Shown here in pieces: positions 62,352 to 64,000 of a DNA stretch of 64,000 nucleotides. A program made the translations under genes and the position numbers. The stretch spans positions 131,605 through 195,604 of the forward strand of contig JBALDB010000009.1 in assembly GCA_036918135.1 (NCBI GenBank). The letters run 5' to 3'. This stretch comes from Nostoc sp. (lineage in GTDB: Bacteria; Cyanobacteriota; Cyanobacteriia; Cyanobacteriales; Nostocaceae). Below the pieces are notes generated by a model, which saw nothing but the letters and a program-made list of their open reading frames with translations, did no database searches and was not told where the DNA came from. Each line of letters begins with the position of its first letter. The stretch's first letter is position 1.

Positions 62352-63593
62352 ATGAAGCATCTGTCGGATTACAATTTCTTTGACCCAGAACTGCTTGTAT
62401 GTCCTTATGAATTTTACAAGCTGGCTCAGGAGCAAGCACCAATTATGGAACTACCGAGTCCCAGGTCTGATGCCAAGCTCTTTCTCGTTACCAGTTACGA
62501 CTTGGTAAGCGAAATTCTTAAAGATACAAAAGTATTCTCCAGCAATTTCTCTACTTTACTGGCTGGCAAAGGAGAACAAGATGATGAATTGCAGAAAATC
62601 TCTGCTCAAGGTTGGCCGCAGATAAACACTCTGCTCACAGCAGACCCACCAGAACACGAGCGATTCCGAGCGCTCGTAAATAAGGCGTTTAGCTCGTCGC
62701 GTGTGAACAAAATGCATGATTTGATTGAGCAGATTGTTGATGAACTTATTGACGATTTTATTGCCCAGAGCAAGTGTGAATTTGTCAGTGAGTTTGCCGT
62801 ACCTTTGCCTGTCAAAGTAATTGCTCAACAATTAGGTGTACCACAAGCAGATCTGCCGAAGTTCAAGCGATGGTCTGATGCTTTTATTGCACGGCTAGGT
62901 CACTTACTTTCTAGAGAGCAGGAGATCGAGTGTGCTAAAGATGTTATTGCTTTCCAGCATTATTTCTATGATGTCATCGAATCACGCAAAAAACAGCCTC
63001 AAGATGATTTGATTACTGACTTGGTACAGGCAAAGGTGGCAGGAGAAAGAGCGCTCGATACGGTTGAACTGTTAAGTATAATTCAGCAAATACTAGTAGC
63101 AGGTAATGAAACAGTCACTAGTGCGCTGGCAACTGGGATGTTATTGCTGACAAACAATCAACAGCAGATTCCATTGCTACATACAGATCCTTCCTTGCTA
63201 GAAAATTTTGTGGAAGAAATTTTACGGATGGAAAGTCCGACGGCTGGAATGTGGCGAGTTGTAACGCAAGATACAAAAATCCAAGACGTCGATCTCAAAG
63301 CTGGGTCTTTAGTGATGATTCGCTTTGATGCTGCTAACCGCGACCCAATAAAATTTCAGCATGGTGAGCGTCTCGACGTGCGCCGCCATAATGCAAGTAA
63401 TCACTTATCTTTTGGTCAGGGTATTCATTTTTGTTTAGGTGCTATGCTTGCTCGTAAGGAAATGCACATCGCTTATCAACGGTTACTGCTTCGGATGAAA
63501 AACATCTGCTTGGCACCAGAAGGATATCAATATTTACCTAACATACTCATGCGTACACTGAAGTACCTCTATATTGAGTTTGACAAAGTATAG
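62352..63593 (+). CDS. Cytochrome P450
   Basis: DPPEHERFR, AGNETV, EILR, HLSFGQGIHFCLG. Confidence 0.95.
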   Translation: MKHLSDYNFFDPELLVCPYEFYKLAQEQAPIMELPSPRSDAKLFLVTSYDLVSEILKDTKVFSSNFSTLLAGKGEQDDELQKISAQGWPQINTLLTADPPEHERFRALVNKAFSSSRVNKMHDLIEQIVDELIDDFIAQSKCEFVSEFAVPLPVKVIAQQLGVPQADLPKFKRWSDAFIARLGHLLSREQEIECAKDVIAFQHYFYDVIESRKKQPQDDLITDLVQAKVAGERALDTVELLSIIQQILVAGNETVTSALATGMLLLTNNQQQIPLLHTDPSLLENFVEEILRMESPTAGMWRVVTQDTKIQDVDLKAGSLVMIRFDAANRDPIKFQHGERLDVRRHNASNHLSFGQGIHFCLGAMLARKEMHIAYQRLLLRMKNICLAPEGYQYLPNILMRTLKYLYIEFDKV

Positions 63594-63658
63594 CAGGAGG
63601 CAGGGGACAGGAGGTAAAAACCTTACTCTTACTGAGATTCACGCTAAGTACGGTACTG

Positions 63659-63910
63659 GTGCAAAGCCGGAGACGCTACGCCTCCGGTCAAGATGAAAGT
63701 CGCTTAGGGCTTAAAACTATAACTGGTCGCACAATTACCCTCAAAGGGGTTAAACCCGAAGGTATTGTTGGATGGCAACGAAAAATTTTTACCTGTATGG
63801 TGTTGTTGAACCAGCAACTGGAGATAGCTTTTTTTGGGAATTTTCTCCGGAGTGATGGTACTTGTTTTCAAGATTTTTTATACCTTTTTTCTGCTGCATA
63901 TCCTGACGTG
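63659..63910 (+). pseudogene. IS630-family transposase internal remnant
   Basis: QDESRLGLKTITGRTITLKGVKP; frameshifted FYLYGVVEPATG; FQDFLYLFSAAYPD. Confidence 0.8.
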
Positions 63911-64000
63911 AGTTCGACGGAACTAAAAAATGGTAGGAGGTAGTGCAGGCAAATCTTTTGGGTAAATGTCAATCGAGGGTTTTTTAGGCAAATAGGTATA

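Noticed and set aside
1..64000. Frequent GCGATCGC octamers, and tRNA/rRNA genes
   Set aside because: The octamer is the well-known cyanobacterial HIP1; no tRNA or rRNA gene was recognised

Overview
Chromosomal window from a heterocyst-forming cyanobacterium (Nostoc-like: frequent HIP1 GCGATCGC, STRR heptamer repeats, many MITE-like elements). 1-24 kb is mostly housekeeping: sbcC, SLH/S-layer genes, a Hik2-like kinase, ccb1, pex, serS, rseP, nth, rpsN, aat, an HD hydrolase, an aldo-keto reductase and an AAA_33 kinase. 24.7-43.6 kb is the most interesting region and a candidate new glycosylated RiPP system. On the minus strand it has an NHLP-type exporter (a single 1520-aa fusion of C39 peptidase-ABC plus a second ABC, and a HlyD adaptor). 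Divergently there is a 52-aa double-glycine-type precursor (leader ending ELSEEDLNIIAAG, Cys-free core LSGNVDLKISGSGGVDAKLGLHR). It is followed not by YcaO, LanM or radical SAM enzymes but by two GT1-like and two GT2 glycosyltransferases, a PhyH-type dioxygenase, a GT10-like transferase, and a LicD / cytidylyltransferase-PLP fusion / methyltransferase trio suggestive of phosphoethanolamine or phosphocholine decoration. 44.4-59 kb is an iron-siderophore uptake island (FecE, AraC, two TonB receptors, a duplicated binding protein + 2OG-Fe(II) oxygenase pair, FecCD). The window ends with an S10 peptidase, an Rpn fragment, a P450 and an IS630 remnant. All family calls come from motif recognition by eye; no searches were run.
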